Positions 1 through 13,901 of a stretch of DNA of 64,000 nucleotides are shown here, piece by piece. The position numbers were made by a program, and so were the translations under genes. Origin of the DNA: Haliotis cracherodii (lineage: Eukaryota); the NCBI RefSeq assembly GCF_022045235.1, contig NW_027266305.1, forward strand, positions 1 through 64,000. Reading direction: 5' to 3'. The notes beneath the pieces are model-generated. The model worked only from the letters and a program-made list of their open reading frames with translations, was not told the DNA's origin and did no database searches. Positions within the stretch are counted from its first letter, which is position 1, and each line of letters starts with the position of its first letter.

Positions 1-3000
1 CAGCCACCCACACACCCACCCCCCACCCACACCCACACCCCCCCACCCCACCCACACCCACACCACACCCACACCCACCCCCCACACACACACCCACCCC
101 CACACACCACACCCCCCCCCCACACACACCCACACCCACCCCCACACCCACACCACCCCCACCACCCACACCCACCCACACCCACCACCCCCACACCCAC
201 ACCCCCCCCACCCACCCACCACCCACACCCACCCCCCACACACCACCCACCACCACACACCACACCCACCCCACCCACACCACACCCACCCCACACCACA
301 CCCACCCACCCCACCACACCCACACCCACCCCCACACAACCACCACCCTCCACACCCTACCCACCACCCCCCACACTCCACCCACCCACACCCACCCTCC
401 CCCCACACCCACCACCCACTCCCTACCCACCACCCACACCCTCCCACCCCACCACACCCACACCCCCCCCACACCCACCCACCCACACCCACCCACCACC
501 CACCCACCCCACACCCACCCTCCCTCACCCACCACCCCCACACCCACCACCCACACCCCACCCACCCCACACCCCACCCCCACCACCCACACCCACCCAC
601 CACCCACACCCCACCCCCCACCCTCACCCACCCCCACCCCACTCCCACACCCACCCCCCACCCCACCCACACCCCACCACCCCCCCACCCACACCCTCTC
701 CCACCCCCACCCCTCCACCCTACCCACACCCTCCCCCCACACCCTCCACTCCACTACCCACCACCCTCCCCCTATCCCTCCACCCTCTCCTCCCTATCCC
801 ACCACCCTCACCCTCCCTCACCCCTCCACCCACTCACCCACCCTCCCACCACCCTCCTCTCCCTCCCCCCCACCCTCTCCCTATCCCTCCACCCCTCTCC
901 CACCCCCCACCCTCTCCCTATCCCTCCACCCTCCTCACCCACCCCTCCACCCTCTCTCCCTCACCCCTCCACCCCTCTCACACTCCCACCACCCTCCTCT
1001 CCCTATCCCTCCACCCTCTCCCAACCCACACCCACCCCCACCCACCACCCTCTCTCCCCTCCCTCCACCCTCTCTCTCCCTATCCCTCCACCCCTCCCTC
1101 ACCCTCCACCCCTCCACCCTCCTCCCCATCCCTCCACCCTCTCTCCCTCTCCCTCCACCCTCTCTCTCCCTATCCCTCCACCCTCTCTCTCCACTCCCTC
1201 CCTCTCCCTATCCCTCCACCCACCCTCCCACCCCTCTCACCACACCCACCACCCTCTCACCCACACCCTCCCTCTCCCTATCCCTCCACCCTCTCACTCC
1301 ACACCCTCCACCCTCTCCCCCATCCCACCACCCACTCTCTCCTCTCACTCCCTCTCCCTACCCACCACCCCTCACACACCCCCCCACCCTCTCCCAATCC
1401 CTCCACCCACTCTCCCCTCCTCCCCTCACCCATCCCTCCACCCTCTCCCCACCCCCTCTCCCATCCCCCACCCTCTCCCCACCCCCCACCCACACCCACC
1501 CCACCCTCCCTCCCCTATCCCACCACCCTCTCTCTCCCCCCCCCTCTCCCTCACCCTCCACCCTCCACCCTCTCTCTCCTCTCTCTCTCCCTATCCCCCA
1601 CCCTCTCTCTCCTCTCCCTCCCTCTCCCTATCTCACCACCCTCTCTCTCCTCCCCCTCCCTCTCCCTCCACCCTCTCTCTCCTCTCTCTCTCCCTATCCC
1701 CCACCCTCTCTCTCCTCTCCCTCCCTCTCCCTATCCCTCCACCCTCTCTCTCCTCCCCCTCCCTCTCCCTCCACCCTCTCTCTCCTCTCTCTCTCCCTAT
1801 CCCCCACCCTCTCTCTCCTCCCCCTCCCTCACCCTATCCCTCCACCCTCTCTCTCCTCTCCCTCCCTCTCCCTATCCCTCCACCCTCTCCCTCTCCCTCC
1901 ACCCTCTCTCTCCTCTCCCTCCCTCTCCCTATCCCTCCACCCTCTCTCTCCTCTCCCTCCCTCTCCCTATCCCTCCACCCTCTCTCTCCTCTCCCTCCCT
2001 CTCCCTATCCCTCCACCCTCTCTCTCCTCTCCCTCCACCCTCTCTCTCCCTATCCCTCCACCCTCTCTCTCCCCCCCCTCCCTCTCCCTATCCCTCCACC
2101 CTCTCTCTCCTCCCCCTCCCTCTCCCTATCCCTCCACCCTCTCTCTCCTCTCCCTCCCTCTCCCTCCACCCTCTCTCTCCTCTCTCTCTCCCTATCCCCC
2201 ACCCTCTCTCTCCTCTCCCTCCCTCTCCCTATCCCTCCACCCTCTCTCTCCTCTCCCTCCCTCTCCCTATCCCTCCACCCTCTCTCTCCTCCCCCTCCCT
2301 CTCCCTATCCCTCCACCCTCTCTCTCCTCTCTCTCCCTCTCCCTATCCCTCCACCCTCTCTCTCCTCCCCCTCCCTCTCCCTATCCCTCCACCCTCGCTC
2401 TCCTCTCCCGCCCTCTCCCTATCCCTCCACCCTCTCTATCCTCTCCCGCCCTCTCCCTATCCCTCCACCCTCTCTCTCCCTCCCTCTCCCTCCACCCTCT
2501 CTCTCCTCTCTCTCCCTCTCCCTATCCCTCCACCCTCTCTATCCTCTCCCGCCCTCTCCCTATCCCTCCACCCTCTCTCTCCCTCCCTATCCCTCCACCC
2601 TCTCTATCCTCTCTCTCTCCCTCCCTCTCCCTCCATCCTCTCTCTCCCTATCCCTCCACACTCTCTCTCCTCTCCCGCCCTCTCCCTATCCCCCACCCTC
2701 TCTATCCTCTCTCTCTCCCTCCCTCTCCCTATCCCCCACCCTCTCTATCCTCTCTCTCTCCCTCCCTCTCCCTCCATCCTCTCTCTCCCTATCCCTCCAC
2801 CCTCTCTCTCCTCTCCCGCCCTCTCCCTATCCCTCCACCCTCTCTCTCCTCTCCCGCCCTCTCCCTATCCCTCCACCCTCTCTATCCTCTCCCTCCCTCT
2901 CCCTATCCCTCCACCCTCTCTCCCCTCTCCCTCCCTCTCCCTATCCCCCACCCTCTCTCTCCCTATCCCTCCACCCTCTCTCTCCTCTCCCTCCCTCTCC

Positions 3001-3447
3001 CTATCCCCCACCCTCTCTCTCCCTCCCTCTCCCTCCATCCTCTCTCTCCCTCTCCCTCTCCCTCCACCCTCTCTCTCCTCTCCCGCCCTCTCCCTATCCC
3101 TCCACCCTCTCTCTCCTCTCCCTCCCTCTCCCTATCCCCCACCCTCTCTCTCCCTCCCTCTCCCTCCCTCTCCCTCCATCCTCTCTCTCCCTCTCCCTCC
3201 ACCCTCTCTCTCCTCTCCCTCCCTCTCCCTATCCCCCACCCTCTCTCTCTCCCTCCCTCTCCCTCCATCCTCTCTCTCCCTCTCCCTATCCCTCCACCCT
3301 CTCTCTCCTCTCTCTCCCTCTCCCTATCCCCCACCCTCTCTCTCCTCTCTCTCTCCCTCCCTCTCCCTCCATCCTCTCTCTCCCTCTCCCTATCCCTCCA
3401 CACTCTCTCTCTACTCCCTCACTCTCCTCCCTCTCCCTCTCCCCCAC

Positions 3448-3486
<39 letters not shown>
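1..3486. repeat. C-rich low-complexity/polypyrimidine satellite (CCACCCTCTCTCTCCTCTCCCTCCCTCTCCCTATCCCT-like units) ending in (CT)n
   Basis: Almost no G on the + strand. The first ~350 bp are essentially only C/A and grade into CT-rich units. Confidence 0.95.
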
Positions 3487-3488
<2 letters not shown>

Positions 3489-5120
3489 GAATTTACACAG
3501 CAAAACAATGGATGTCTTCAGGGCATAAACTCAGCCATCATTCGACCAAGTCAGGTCACAAGACAAGCTGTAAGCATACCTCACAAACCAAACTTTTTCT
3601 GTACACAACACACGTCAATATACCATACAACAACCACGCTCAGTATAAGCAAATGGTACACAAAGATCATATCAACAGCACACGGAGACACGGAAAACAA
3701 CAAAGAAAATTGCCATGTATGTAAGCCAGTGCTGGCTATTTGCTCTCACCCAGAACCCGGGCGGTGTAATGGCTCAATTATAACGTGACCTTTCTCCCTT
3801 CATAAACAGTCATTCCACACTGTATATACAATACTTCCCTTTTCTGATATGCCGGCGTGACACACCGCCGTGATTCATACACATTACAGTAAACACTCTA
3901 GGCCTGTGTACGGATAAACACAATTTAAGCGTGACGTTTTGTCCTAATTTATATCTTTAAAAAGAACCGGGAACATTAACAGCAATATATTTTTTTTCTG
4001 ATACAGATTGTCATTCATATTCCGAGGCCATGATACATGGCTCTCTGTAATCGATTTTTCTCAAGTTAACCTAAACATGTTGACGTTGAACGATCAATAC
4101 TCGATGCAACTGCCAACTGTGATTTGTAATCTTATGAAATTACTTAATTCAATACGTGAGGGGGAATAAATATCAGACTCGGAAAAACTTTATAATCAAT
4201 TTTTGTGTGCAAAATACCATTATTTGGAGCGGTTTCGGATAAGGCGGATTTTATCAAACATGTATAATGTCAAGCGTTATTTTCAACGTCAATTATGAAT
4301 GATCAAACAGGTGTTTCTTGTGAGACAGCCTTATCGCAAACGTATGTAATATTTTGTAATAATATCATGGTAAATAATTATGTGAATGAGGTTAATATAT
4401 GCTACTGGGTTTGGTTCTGAACATAATATGAAATATACGCCGTAAAATTTGTGACTACATGTATGTAATTAAAGATGCTTGTCATCGGCCCTCAAATGAC
4501 TCACGCTTTAGCCAATGGCAAAATCTTCTCAAATAAAATATCTGAACGTCTTTAATGAACAGCCTGAATCAGATCAACGATACTATCCGCTGATAAATTC
4601 AGATATCACATGCAGTAGACATCGATATATAAGCATACCCATATAGATAAAATGGCACTTCATAAGAAAAGACGAATAATGACTCGCAGCATTATGAATG
4701 GCGGAACAGCTCAGGCTGATAAATTAAAAACATTGACCACAGATTACAACGGTGTGATAATTCTGATCCAAAAATCACTGCAACGAAGCCTGTGTTGTTT
4801 ACATGGCAGGTAGGGAATGGTTCGTGTAAACAACGCTATGTCACGTTGGTCTTATGCATTCCTCTTCGCGAGAAAGCCATCTGCGCTCTGCTGGGGGTCG
4901 AGGCTAGACAGTCAGTATGGTCACCGAGACAATAGGTAGCTAGATGGTCGAGAATTTATAACGTGATTAGTGAAATAAAACGAGTGTCGTATTTACCGTC
5001 GTCCTGCATGGTGTGAGCGAGCCGGTGTGGTATTCTGCACAGACGTGTCTGTATGGATCCGCATCGTTGTATTATGAGTCAACAAGTGGAAGCCGGCTGC
5101 TATATTTAGACGCTAGCATC

Positions 5121-5295
5121 ATGTCCGAGGCATTTTCAGACGCTTCTGTCATTCCCCCTGCCGCCTTAAGACGGAAATTATCGATTCGTGTCGAATGTGA
5201 CATAATCAAAGAAAATATGGAGGATCTACAGGACAATGAAAAATATTTTTTGTTCTCATCACCGACGGTAACATTGTTACCGTTCCCAGATAGCT
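5121..5295 (+). CDS. Candidate first coding exon of an unidentified gene (MSEAFSDASVIPPAALRRKLSIRVECDIIKENMEDLQDNEKYFLFSSPTVTLLPFPDS)
   Basis: ATG at 5121 (gcatcATG), an open frame with protein-like composition and an RRKLS motif, and a strong GTGAGT donor at 5296. The surroundings are CpG-rich. No downstream exon was identified. Confidence 0.4.
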
Positions 5296-5896
5296 GTGAG
5301 TGTGGATTTGGGGCGAGGTGTTGGGTGTTGGTGGATAGTCGGGGGGAGAGTTGACGTCCAATTGCTGATCGTTGGAGACGAGTTAATTGTGTTGTGTGAC
5401 CAGGCTGTAACTCTTGGGCTTAGCCGTGTCATTCTGCCTCGATGACTATCGTTCCTAAATCTTTCAGACAATGGTTTGCCTGGCCCAGGCTCGAACATTT
5501 ATAGGGTGTTATGGTATACCTGGCATATTACCAGCGTTCAATTTTTAAAAAAATCATTCAGTACGCTCATGTTAAAACCAGACTGGACATCTTGCTGAAA
5601 CCACATATAAAAAAAGATAAAAGCATATGCCTGACACAATTCATCGTCCCGTTAACTAATACCAGAAGTCCAGGGGACTATTATAGTCAGTTATTGCCCT
5701 TGCCTCGGGTAGATGGACCCAATTTGTTTTTGACGATTATAATATGTTCATCTTATGTGGTCATTGGTCAGTTTGCTGTTAAAGGCCGTTTTCAGCAATA
5801 TTCCAGCAATATGACGCCCGCCTGTTTGTTTGTTTGTTGTTTAACGCCGCACTCAGCAATATTCCAGCTATATGACGGCGGTCTGTAAATGATCAG

Positions 5897-6190
5897 GAGA
5901 ACCCAACTTATACCCAATGATCATAATCGAGAGAAAAAATCGAGTTTGTCTGAAGCGGACGTGTACGGCATGTGTTGCTGCGGGGATAGCATTCCCGGCA
6001 TTGAAGGATGGGTGTCTTGCCGACTGCAACGCGATGGGTACCTTTGAAGGTGGTTCAACAGTATTTGGCCATAGTGCACTTGATTGCCATAGCTCAACGG
6101 AATATGATAACGTCTGACATATTCCTTGGATATTTGTGGACATGGATGAGGATAAAAGTCTTATCTGGGAACTGTAGCGAGTGTGGTGTG
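5897..6190 (+). pseudogene. Degenerate hAT (ZNF862-like) transposase fragment
   Basis: Frameshifted pieces NLY..HN..KNRVCLKRTC, LPTATRWVP, YLAIVHL and FLGYL..M..KVLS follow the order of the hAT TRW region, recognised from memory of the family. Confidence 0.45.
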
Positions 6191-6296
6191 GTGAGTTGAT
6201 GTCAGTGTGAGGATCATATTTCATGTAATGCTGTGAATATTCTCCCAATGCATCTCTAATCCACTACGGCATCGAGTTCGAATTTCTCCGTCGAGG

Positions 6297-6456
6297 AGGG
6301 TCGGGTAGCCTAGTTGTTAAAGGGTTTGCTCGTCACGCCGAAGATGCGGGTTCGATTCCCGACATGGGTACAATGTGTAAAGCCCATTTCTGGAGTCCCC
6401 CGTCGTGATATTGCTAGAATATTGCTAAAAGCGGCGTAAAACCATACTCACTCACT
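6297..6456 (+). mobile_element. SINE family B (tRNA-derived head, GTC anticodon-like loop)
   Basis: A/B boxes (GGTAGCCTAGTTGTT, GGTTCGATTCC), (ACTC)n tail, TSD tccgtcgaggagg. Confidence 0.9.
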
Positions 6457-6715
6457 CCGTCGAGGAGGCTCTCTACTAGGGGTCATGGAGGGAACATTTC
6501 AATTCTCAGATATTGTACCTTGTGACTGTATAGCTAGCTGCCTTACAACATACTTTTTTCGTACTTCTTTATGTTCAAATCAACCTTGAACTGTTTATCA
6601 CAATAATTTACGATGTGGTACTTGAGATATTCAGTGACCATCTTTCTCGAACTAGCGCGTTCATTGTCAAAATTATTTCAAATTACCATTTACTGAATGT
6701 TCTGAAACTGTTTAG

Positions 6716-7227
6716 GTTGAAGATGGAGTCAGTTGGTTGAAGACTGAGTCAGCAGGTTGAAGATTGAGTCAGTTGGTTGAAGACTGAGTCAGTTGGTTGA
6801 AGACTGAGTCAGCAGGTTGAAGATTGAGTCAGTTGGTTGAAGATTGAGTCAGTTGGTTGAAGACTGATTCAGTTGGTTGAAGACTGAGTCAGTTGGTTGA
6901 AGATTGAATCAGTTGGTTGAAGATTGAGTCAGTTGGTTGAAGATTGAGTCAGTTGGTTGAAGATTGAGTCAGTTGGTTGAAGACTGAGGTAGTTGGTTGA
7001 AAATGGAGTCAGTTGGTTGAAGATTGAGTCAGCAGGTTGAAGATTGAGTCAGTTGGTTGAAGATGGAGTCAGTTGGTTGGAGACTGTGTCAGTTGGTTGA
7101 TGATTGAGTCAGCAGGTTGAAGATTGAGTCAGTTGGTTGAAGATTGAGTCAGCAGGTTGAAGACTGAGTCAGTTGGTTGAAGACTGAGTCAGTTGGTTGA
7201 AGATTGCGTCAGTTGGTTGAAGACTGA
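6716..7227. repeat. 20-bp minisatellite (GTTGAAGATTGAGTCAGTTG), about 25 copies
   Basis: Direct 20-bp periodicity. Confidence 0.97.
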
Positions 7228-7361
7228 CATATTTGTTGACTGACGTTGGATTATTCAAATAAAATGTAACACTGCGTGCACGTACGTAACGACTTCAGTG
7301 TAATACTCACTACCGTGTATGGAACGTGATGTACGGGCTCAGACAGAGACCACACAAGGAT

Positions 7362-10003
7362 TTTCATCATAGTGCTAAGGTTGGTTACCTTCATAGTGCT
7401 AAGGTTGGTTACCTTCATAGTGCTAAGGTTGGTTATTTTCATTGTGCTGAGGTTGGCTACTATCATTGTGCTGAGGTTGGCCACTTTCATAGTGCAAAGG
7501 TTAGCCACTTTCATAGTGCTAAGGTTGGCCACTTTCATAGTGATAAGGATAGTTACTTTCATAGTGCCAAGGTTTTGCTACATTCATAGTGCTAAGGCTG
7601 ACCACTTTCACAGTGATAAGGTTGGCCACCTTCATAGTGTTAACGTTGGCCACTTTCATAGTGCTAAGGTTTTGCTATTTTCATAGTGATAAGGTTGGCC
7701 ACTTTCATGGTGCTAAGGCTGGCCACTTTCATAGTGCAGAGTTTGGACACTTTCATAGTGATAAGGCTGGCTTCTTTTATAGTGCTGAGATTGGACACTT
7801 TCATTGTGCTAAGGTTGGTTACTTTCATAGTGCTAATGTTGGCTTATATCACAGTGATAAGGTTTTGCTTTTTTCATAGTGCTAAGGTTGGCCACTCTCA
7901 TAGTGCAGAGGTTGGCCACTTTCATATGTGCCATGGTTGGCCACTTTCAGAGTGCTGAGGTTGGCCACTTTCATAGTGCTGAGGTTGGCCACTTTCATAG
8001 TGCTAAGGTTGGCCACTTTCATAGTGCTAAGGCTGGCTACTTTCATAGTGCAGAGGCTGGTTACTTTCATAGTGCTAAGGTTTTGCTATTTTCATAGTGA
8101 TGAGGTTGGCCACTTTCATAGTGCTAAGGTTTTGCTATTTTCATAGTGCTAAGGTTGGCCACTTTCATAGTGCAGAGGTTGGCCACTTTCATAGTGCCAT
8201 GGTTGGCCACTTTCAGAGTGCTGAGGTTGGCCACTTTCATAGTGCTGAGGTTGGCCACTTTCATAGTGCTAAGGTTGGCCACTTTCATAGTGCTAAGGTT
8301 GGCTTCTTTTATAGTGCTGAGGTTGGCTACTTTCATAGTACAGAGGCTGGTTACTTTCATAGTGCTAAGGTTTTGCTATTTCCATAGTGATAAGGTTGGC
8401 CACTTTCGTAGTGCTAAGGTTGGCTACATTCATAATGATAAGGCTGGTTACTTTCATAGTGCCAAAGTTTTGCTACATTCATAGTGCTAAGGCTGGTCAC
8501 TTTCATTGTGCTGAGGTTGGCCACTTTTATAGTGCTGAGGTTGGCTACTTTCATAGTGCTAAGGTTTTGCTATTTTCATAGTGCTAAGGCTGACCACTTT
8601 CATAGTGCTAAGGCTGGCCACTTTCATAGTGCTAAAGTTGGCCACTTTCATAGTGCTAACGCTGGACGCTTTCTTAGTGTTAACGTTGCCCACTTTCAAA
8701 GTGCTAAGGTTTTGCTATTTTCATAGTGATAAGGTTGGTCACTTTCATAGTGCTAAGGTTGGCCACTTTCATAGTGCTAAGGTTGGCCACTTTCATAGTG
8801 CTAACGTTGGACGCTTTCTTAGTGTTAACGTTGCCCGCTTTCAAAGTGCTAAGGTTTTGCTATTTTCATTGTGCTGAGGTTGGCCACTTTCATAGTGCTA
8901 AGGTTGGCCACTTTCATAGTGCTAAGGTTGGCCACTTTCATAGTGCTAAGGTTGGCCATGTCATAGTGATAAGGTTTTGCTTTTTTCATAGTGCTAAGGT
9001 TGGCCACTTTCATAATGCAGAGGTTGGCCACTTTCATAATGCCATGATTGGCCACTTTCATAGTGCTGAGGTTGGCCACTTTCATAGTGCTAAGGTTGGC
9101 CACTTTCATAGTGCTAAGGTTGGCCACTTTCATAGTGCTAAGGTTGGCCACTTTCAGAGTGCTGAGGTTGGCCACTTTCATAGTGCTAAGGTTGGCCACT
9201 TTCATAGTGCTAAGGTTGGCCACTTCCATAGTGCTAAGGCTGGCTTCTTTTATAGTGCTGAGGTTGGCTACTTTCATAGTACAGAGGCTGGTTACTTTCA
9301 TAGTGCTAAAGTTGGTTACTTTCATAGTGCTAAGGTTTTGCTATTTTCATAGTGATAAGGTTGGCCACTTTCATAGTGCTAAGGCTGTCCACTTTCATAG
9401 TGCTAAGGTTGGCCATGTCATAGTGCCATGGTTGGCCACTTTCATAGTGCTAAGGTTGGCAACGTCATAGTGATAAGGCTGGTTACTTTCATAGTGCTAA
9501 TGTTGGCTACTTTCATAGTGTTAAGGTTGGCCACTTTCGTTGTGATAAGGTTGGCCACTTTCATAGTGCTAATGTTGGCTACTTTCATAGTGTTAAGGTT
9601 GGACACTTTCATAGTGGTAAGGTTGGCTACTTTCATAGTGCTGAGGTTTGGCTACTTTCATAGTGCTAATGTTGGCTACTTTCATAGTGTTAAGGTTGGA
9701 CACTTTCATAGTGGTAAGGTTGGCCACTTTCATAGTGTTAAGGTTTGGCTACTTTCATAGTGCTAATGTTGGCTACTTTCATAGTGTTAAGGTTGGACAC
9801 TTTCATAGTGCTAAGGTTTGGCTACTTTCATAGTGCTAATGTTGGCTACTTTCATAGTGTTAAGGTTGGACACTTTCATAGTGTTAAGGTTGGACACTTT
9901 CATAGTGCTAAGGTTTGGCTACTTTCATAGTGCTAATGTTGGACACTTTCATAGTGTTAAGGTTGGACACTTTCATAGTGATAAGCTTTGGCTACTTTCA
10001 TAG
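7362..10003. repeat. 24/25-bp minisatellite (CATAGTGCTAAGGTTGGCCACTTT), more than 100 copies
   Basis: Direct periodicity; it generates the spurious LRLATFIV and FHSAKVGH ORFs. Confidence 0.97.
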
Positions 10004-10155
10004 AGAGAAAAGTTGGCTACAATTGAAGGGCCACATTAGTTTGAGTGCTCCTCCATCTCCATATGTCAATGTACGGCTCAGGGGAGCAGGTGGAAGGTGC
10101 AGTGAGGTGAAAAGGGGTTTGACCTCATGTGCAAGATTATTCCACTTATAATGCG

Positions 10156-10305
10156 AGTGAGTGTGAGTGAGTTGGGTTTAACACTGATTTTAACAGTATT
10201 CCAGCTATATCACAGCTTGTCAGCTTAATGTGGGAGGAAAGCCCAAAGTGATGCAGGTCTCAGATGTTTACATCTTTGGTGAAACCCACCAGCACGGGTA
10301 TGGTG
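10156..10305 (-). mobile_element. SINE family C, 3' part
   Basis: Matches the full copy at 16240-16522 ((GAGT)n, tgtgggaggaaa, ggtgaaaccc). Confidence 0.8.
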
Positions 10306-10554
10306 CGGGTATATAAAGTTAACACAACTATAGCACAGCACTTCCACTTTGCAAATCAGGGCCATGATATGTTGCGGTGTATACATCCCCCTCAAAATCT
10401 GTTTTTAGACTCAATCTCATTAAATTCAGATCTCAGTTCTCGCTACCAAAGTTCCTTTGTTTTGGGGTAGTGAGAACTAAGATCTGATTTCAAAAGATCA
10501 TTTTAAAACTCTTATTCCCAAGTACATAAAAAGATATAGCAAATGTTTCCCACT

Positions 10555-10560
10555 TTTATT
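10555..10560 (-). promoter_or_regulatory. Putative UNC50 polyadenylation signal AATAAA (implies a ~3.3-kb 3' UTR)
   Basis: TTTATT on the + strand, bordered by sequence with the composition of a reversed 3' UTR. Confidence 0.35.
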
Positions 10561-10972
10561 TACAAATATATACACATAATTACATAATTCATACATTACA
10601 GTATGTACATACATAGATTGTGAAACATCAATTTACAAAGAGATATGTGGATATGTACAATGTACATGGGGGCCCAACAAGACCAGAGGGTCTCCCAAGA
10701 CCTATACAGTTAAATACTCTGAATAATTGATACACATTAAGACAAACACATAAAACAGAACAGGCCTGGATTGTGGTTGTGATTTCCAAAACGTTTAATT
10801 AAGCATCAAGATCATTCTAGATACCAGTTTCACAAACCCAAGCATCTCTGATATGAGAATTTAAAGTGAAATAGGATTTCCTGTGGATATTATTAAACAA
10901 GCAGGTAAATTTAAAGTCATAAATTGACTTGGTCTGAATCAGGAATGCCAAGATTCAAGATTTGTCTCTGAA

Positions 10973-11300
10973 AGTCTCAGGTAATCAGCCGAGTTGCTGT
11001 GCTAAGTCATGCCTACATCGATCTCAGGTAAGCATCCTAGCTGCTGTGTTAAACCCTGGCTACAACAGTCTCAGGTAAGCAGCCTGGTTAATGTTTAAAG
11101 TCATGCCTACATCAATCTCAGGTAAGCAGCCTGGTTGCTGTGTTAAGCCCTGGCTACAACAGTCTCAGGTAAGCAGCCAAGTTGCTGTTAAGCCATGGCT
11201 ACAACAGTCACAGGTAAGCAGCCAAGTTGCTGTTAAGCCATGGCTACAACAGTCACAGGTAAGCAGCCAAGTTGCTGTTGAGCCATGAATCCAACAGTCT
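10973..11300. repeat. ~45-47-bp minisatellite (AGTCTCAGGTAAGCAGCCAAGTTGCTGTTAAGCCATGGCTACAAC), about 7 copies
   Basis: Direct periodicity. Confidence 0.9.
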
Positions 11301-11678
11301 TAGATAAACAATCTTGTCAGAGATCAATCCTTACAGATAAGTGGTCAAGCACTAGTAGCTGCTGCGTGAAGCCCATAGTCTCAAACAAGCACTGTAGTTA
11401 CTGTATCAAGCCCTGAGAACTTTAATCTTATTGCTCAGATCATAGAGGCAAGTTTCCAGCAACTTATGAAAATTACAATGATAAAAAGCAAACAAAGAAC
11501 ATAACAGCAGCTGTTGGTAAAATTATAATCTCGAAAAATACAAAATTAAACAAAAAACAAAACAACTTTTATTTGCTTTGAAACAGTGTCTTGGGATGTG
11601 GCCAAGCAGATATGATAATCAAAACCATAATCAAACTTATAACATATGCAATTTCTTTTCCCCATGTGTGTAACATCC

Positions 11679-11781
11679 CCTATATCTGCTGTGTAATATC
11701 TCCTATATCTGCTGTGTAATATCTCCTATATCTGCTGTGTAATATCTCCTATATCTGCTGTGTAATATTCCCTATATCTGC
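11679..11781. repeat. 23-bp tandem repeat (CCTATATCTGCTGTGTAATATCT), about 4 copies
   Basis: Direct periodicity. Confidence 0.9.
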
Positions 11782-12538
11782 ATGCTGATCAATCTCAGTC
11801 TGCAGTCCCTCATCTTCACAATCTCACACAGCTGTGTACATGATGTATGAAGCAAACAATAACTATTTGTGTACTCTCAACAGACAATCTAGAACACTGC
11901 TTAGCTCAGATTTCACCAAAAGGTCTATGGGCATGGTAAAAGTTCATATGAACCCCACTGTCAAACTCATTCCTCGATATGGCTGAAACAAATGCTGATG
12001 TGACATCACATTTGAACTCACTTGCTCAGTGACCCCGATCCCTTCAACTTACACATGCAAAAAATATACAATGTTACTTTTAGTACAAAAAATTCCACCA
12101 TTAGATAGCAATTCCTTTAAATCCTAATGAAACAGTCTGCTGACCTACAAACCTTACCCAAAGCAATGTTCTGAAAGTCAATAGCTTATCCCGAGATGAG
12201 ACAGAATGTTTTCAATAGCTTCTCCACTCTGTAACCCACTAATCAATGCTGAGAACACCAGCAGCACGCTCTGTGCCACAAGGACAGCCTGACACAGAGG
12301 AAAGAAAAAGACATGCTTATATTATCACATGCTGTCTGGACTCCAAAACTCTGACATGTAAAGATCAATAAATGATATATGATACATTCTCAGTCTGCTC
12401 GGTATATCATTGAAATTTTTACATCACAGTCAATACATATAGGTCATAACTCACCAGCTGTTCACACCCAGCTGTTCACAATTTGCATCCATGTCACTCA
12501 GTATATCAAAATTCCCTCACATTAGTGCAACCCTCATA

Positions 12539-12803
12539 CTGATGATGATGATAATGATGATGATGATGTTTGTTGTTTAATGCTGCACTCTGCAATAATC
12601 CAGCTATATGACGGCAGTCTCTAAATAATCGAGTCTGGACCTGACAATCCAGTGATTGACATCAAGAGCATCGATCCACACAATTGGGATTCGGTGACAT
12701 GCATCAAACAAGTCAGCGAGACTGACCACCCGATCCCGTTAGTTGCCTCTTTCGACAAGCATGGGTTGATGAAGACCTATTCTACCCCGGATCTTCATGG
12801 GTC
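12539..12803 (-). mobile_element. Retroposon family A (tRNA-less head), full length
   Basis: Family consensus from GACCC to the tail; TSD gcaaccctcata at 12527-12538 and 12804-12815. Confidence 0.9.
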
Positions 12804-12891
12804 GCAACCCTCATAACGCTCAAGAGTAACCAAGTACACACACATGTTGAATGAAAACCGTTGACACTTTTTCTATATTGTCTGACACAAA

Positions 12892-13397
12892 CAGAGCTCC
12901 AGATAAGCTTTTGGTGTTGTGGGTATTTTACCCATGCATTTTATAATCATTGGGTATCAGTAATTCTATCTGGGTATTCAAATTTCTGTTACCCACTAGT
13001 CTTTACACATGTGGGTATTTAAGTTAAATATTTAAAAACACTATTCATCTAGTCCCTGCAAACTGGTGTCGTGTGGGTTCGAGAGCTTTATCTGACTCAA
13101 AAATACCAAGATACTTCCACCAGAAAGTGTGATGGCGAATGATCATGATGTAACTGTCATCGTGGAGTTTGGCAAGGTTGACGGAATGACCGTCTATAAT
13201 TTCAAAATAAGTTGCTGATTTCCTAATCGAATACGCAGGGTTACTTCACAATATTTTGATGATACGCACAAGTTTTATTTTTGTAGCGAATCTGTAATGT
13301 TCGTTGCGTATTTGATATGCTTGGATTTTATTTTACTGCGTATTTCTGCATTTTTTATGCGTATTTATCGCAGATACGCAGCTTATCTGGAGCTCAG
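12892..13397. mobile_element. hAT-like MITE
   Basis: Terminal inverted repeats CAGAGCTCCAGATAAGCT ... AGCTTATCTGGAGCTCAG. No clean TSD. Confidence 0.65.
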
Positions 13398-13901
13398 CAC
13401 AGAGTAATTCAGAACAGTGGTCAGTTTCAGCACACTGGCTAAACTAGTCATCTGAAGCAGTGAATGTGGAAATATATCGTGTAATAATAACCCACATTCT
13501 TCAAGTATAAACAGATAAATAAAGCAATAGAAAGAGTGTATCCTCAACATGTTCATGTGAACCACTTTGTAATGACGTTTCCATGCCGTACCATGACAGC
13601 ACTGCCTTGTTCTTAGGACACATTTGAACACTTAAAACGTTCATCAAATCCACCTGACCTCTCCCCCAACATGTGAGACAATATCAATCACAGTTCAACA
13701 GGTGACTCCGCAATGCCTTACTCCACATCCTCTGAAGAAACATCAGTGATGGTATCGACAATCTGCCCCAGCAGAACTACACTGACCTGGGAGTCATGGT
13801 AACAGGTTGCAATGATATTGATGTCAGGGTCAATGGACCAGTATCCCACAGGTCACTCGTGTTTGCATAACTCAGGTTCCGCTGGGCGCCACGAGGTCGG
13901 C

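Noticed and set aside
935-3403. Gly/Glu/Arg-rich minus-strand ORFs
   Set aside because: They are translations of the purine-rich strand of a low-complexity repeat.
5295-5900. Split T|GA selenocysteine codon joining the exon at 5121-5295 to the ORF at 5917
   Set aside because: The acceptor is SINE-derived and lacks a pyrimidine tract, the downstream ORF looks like a hAT relic, and no SECIS was seen.
7251-10151. Many overlapping ORFs or a CRISPR-like array
   Set aside because: Contiguous 24-bp tandem units with no unique spacers, in a eukaryote with no cas genes.
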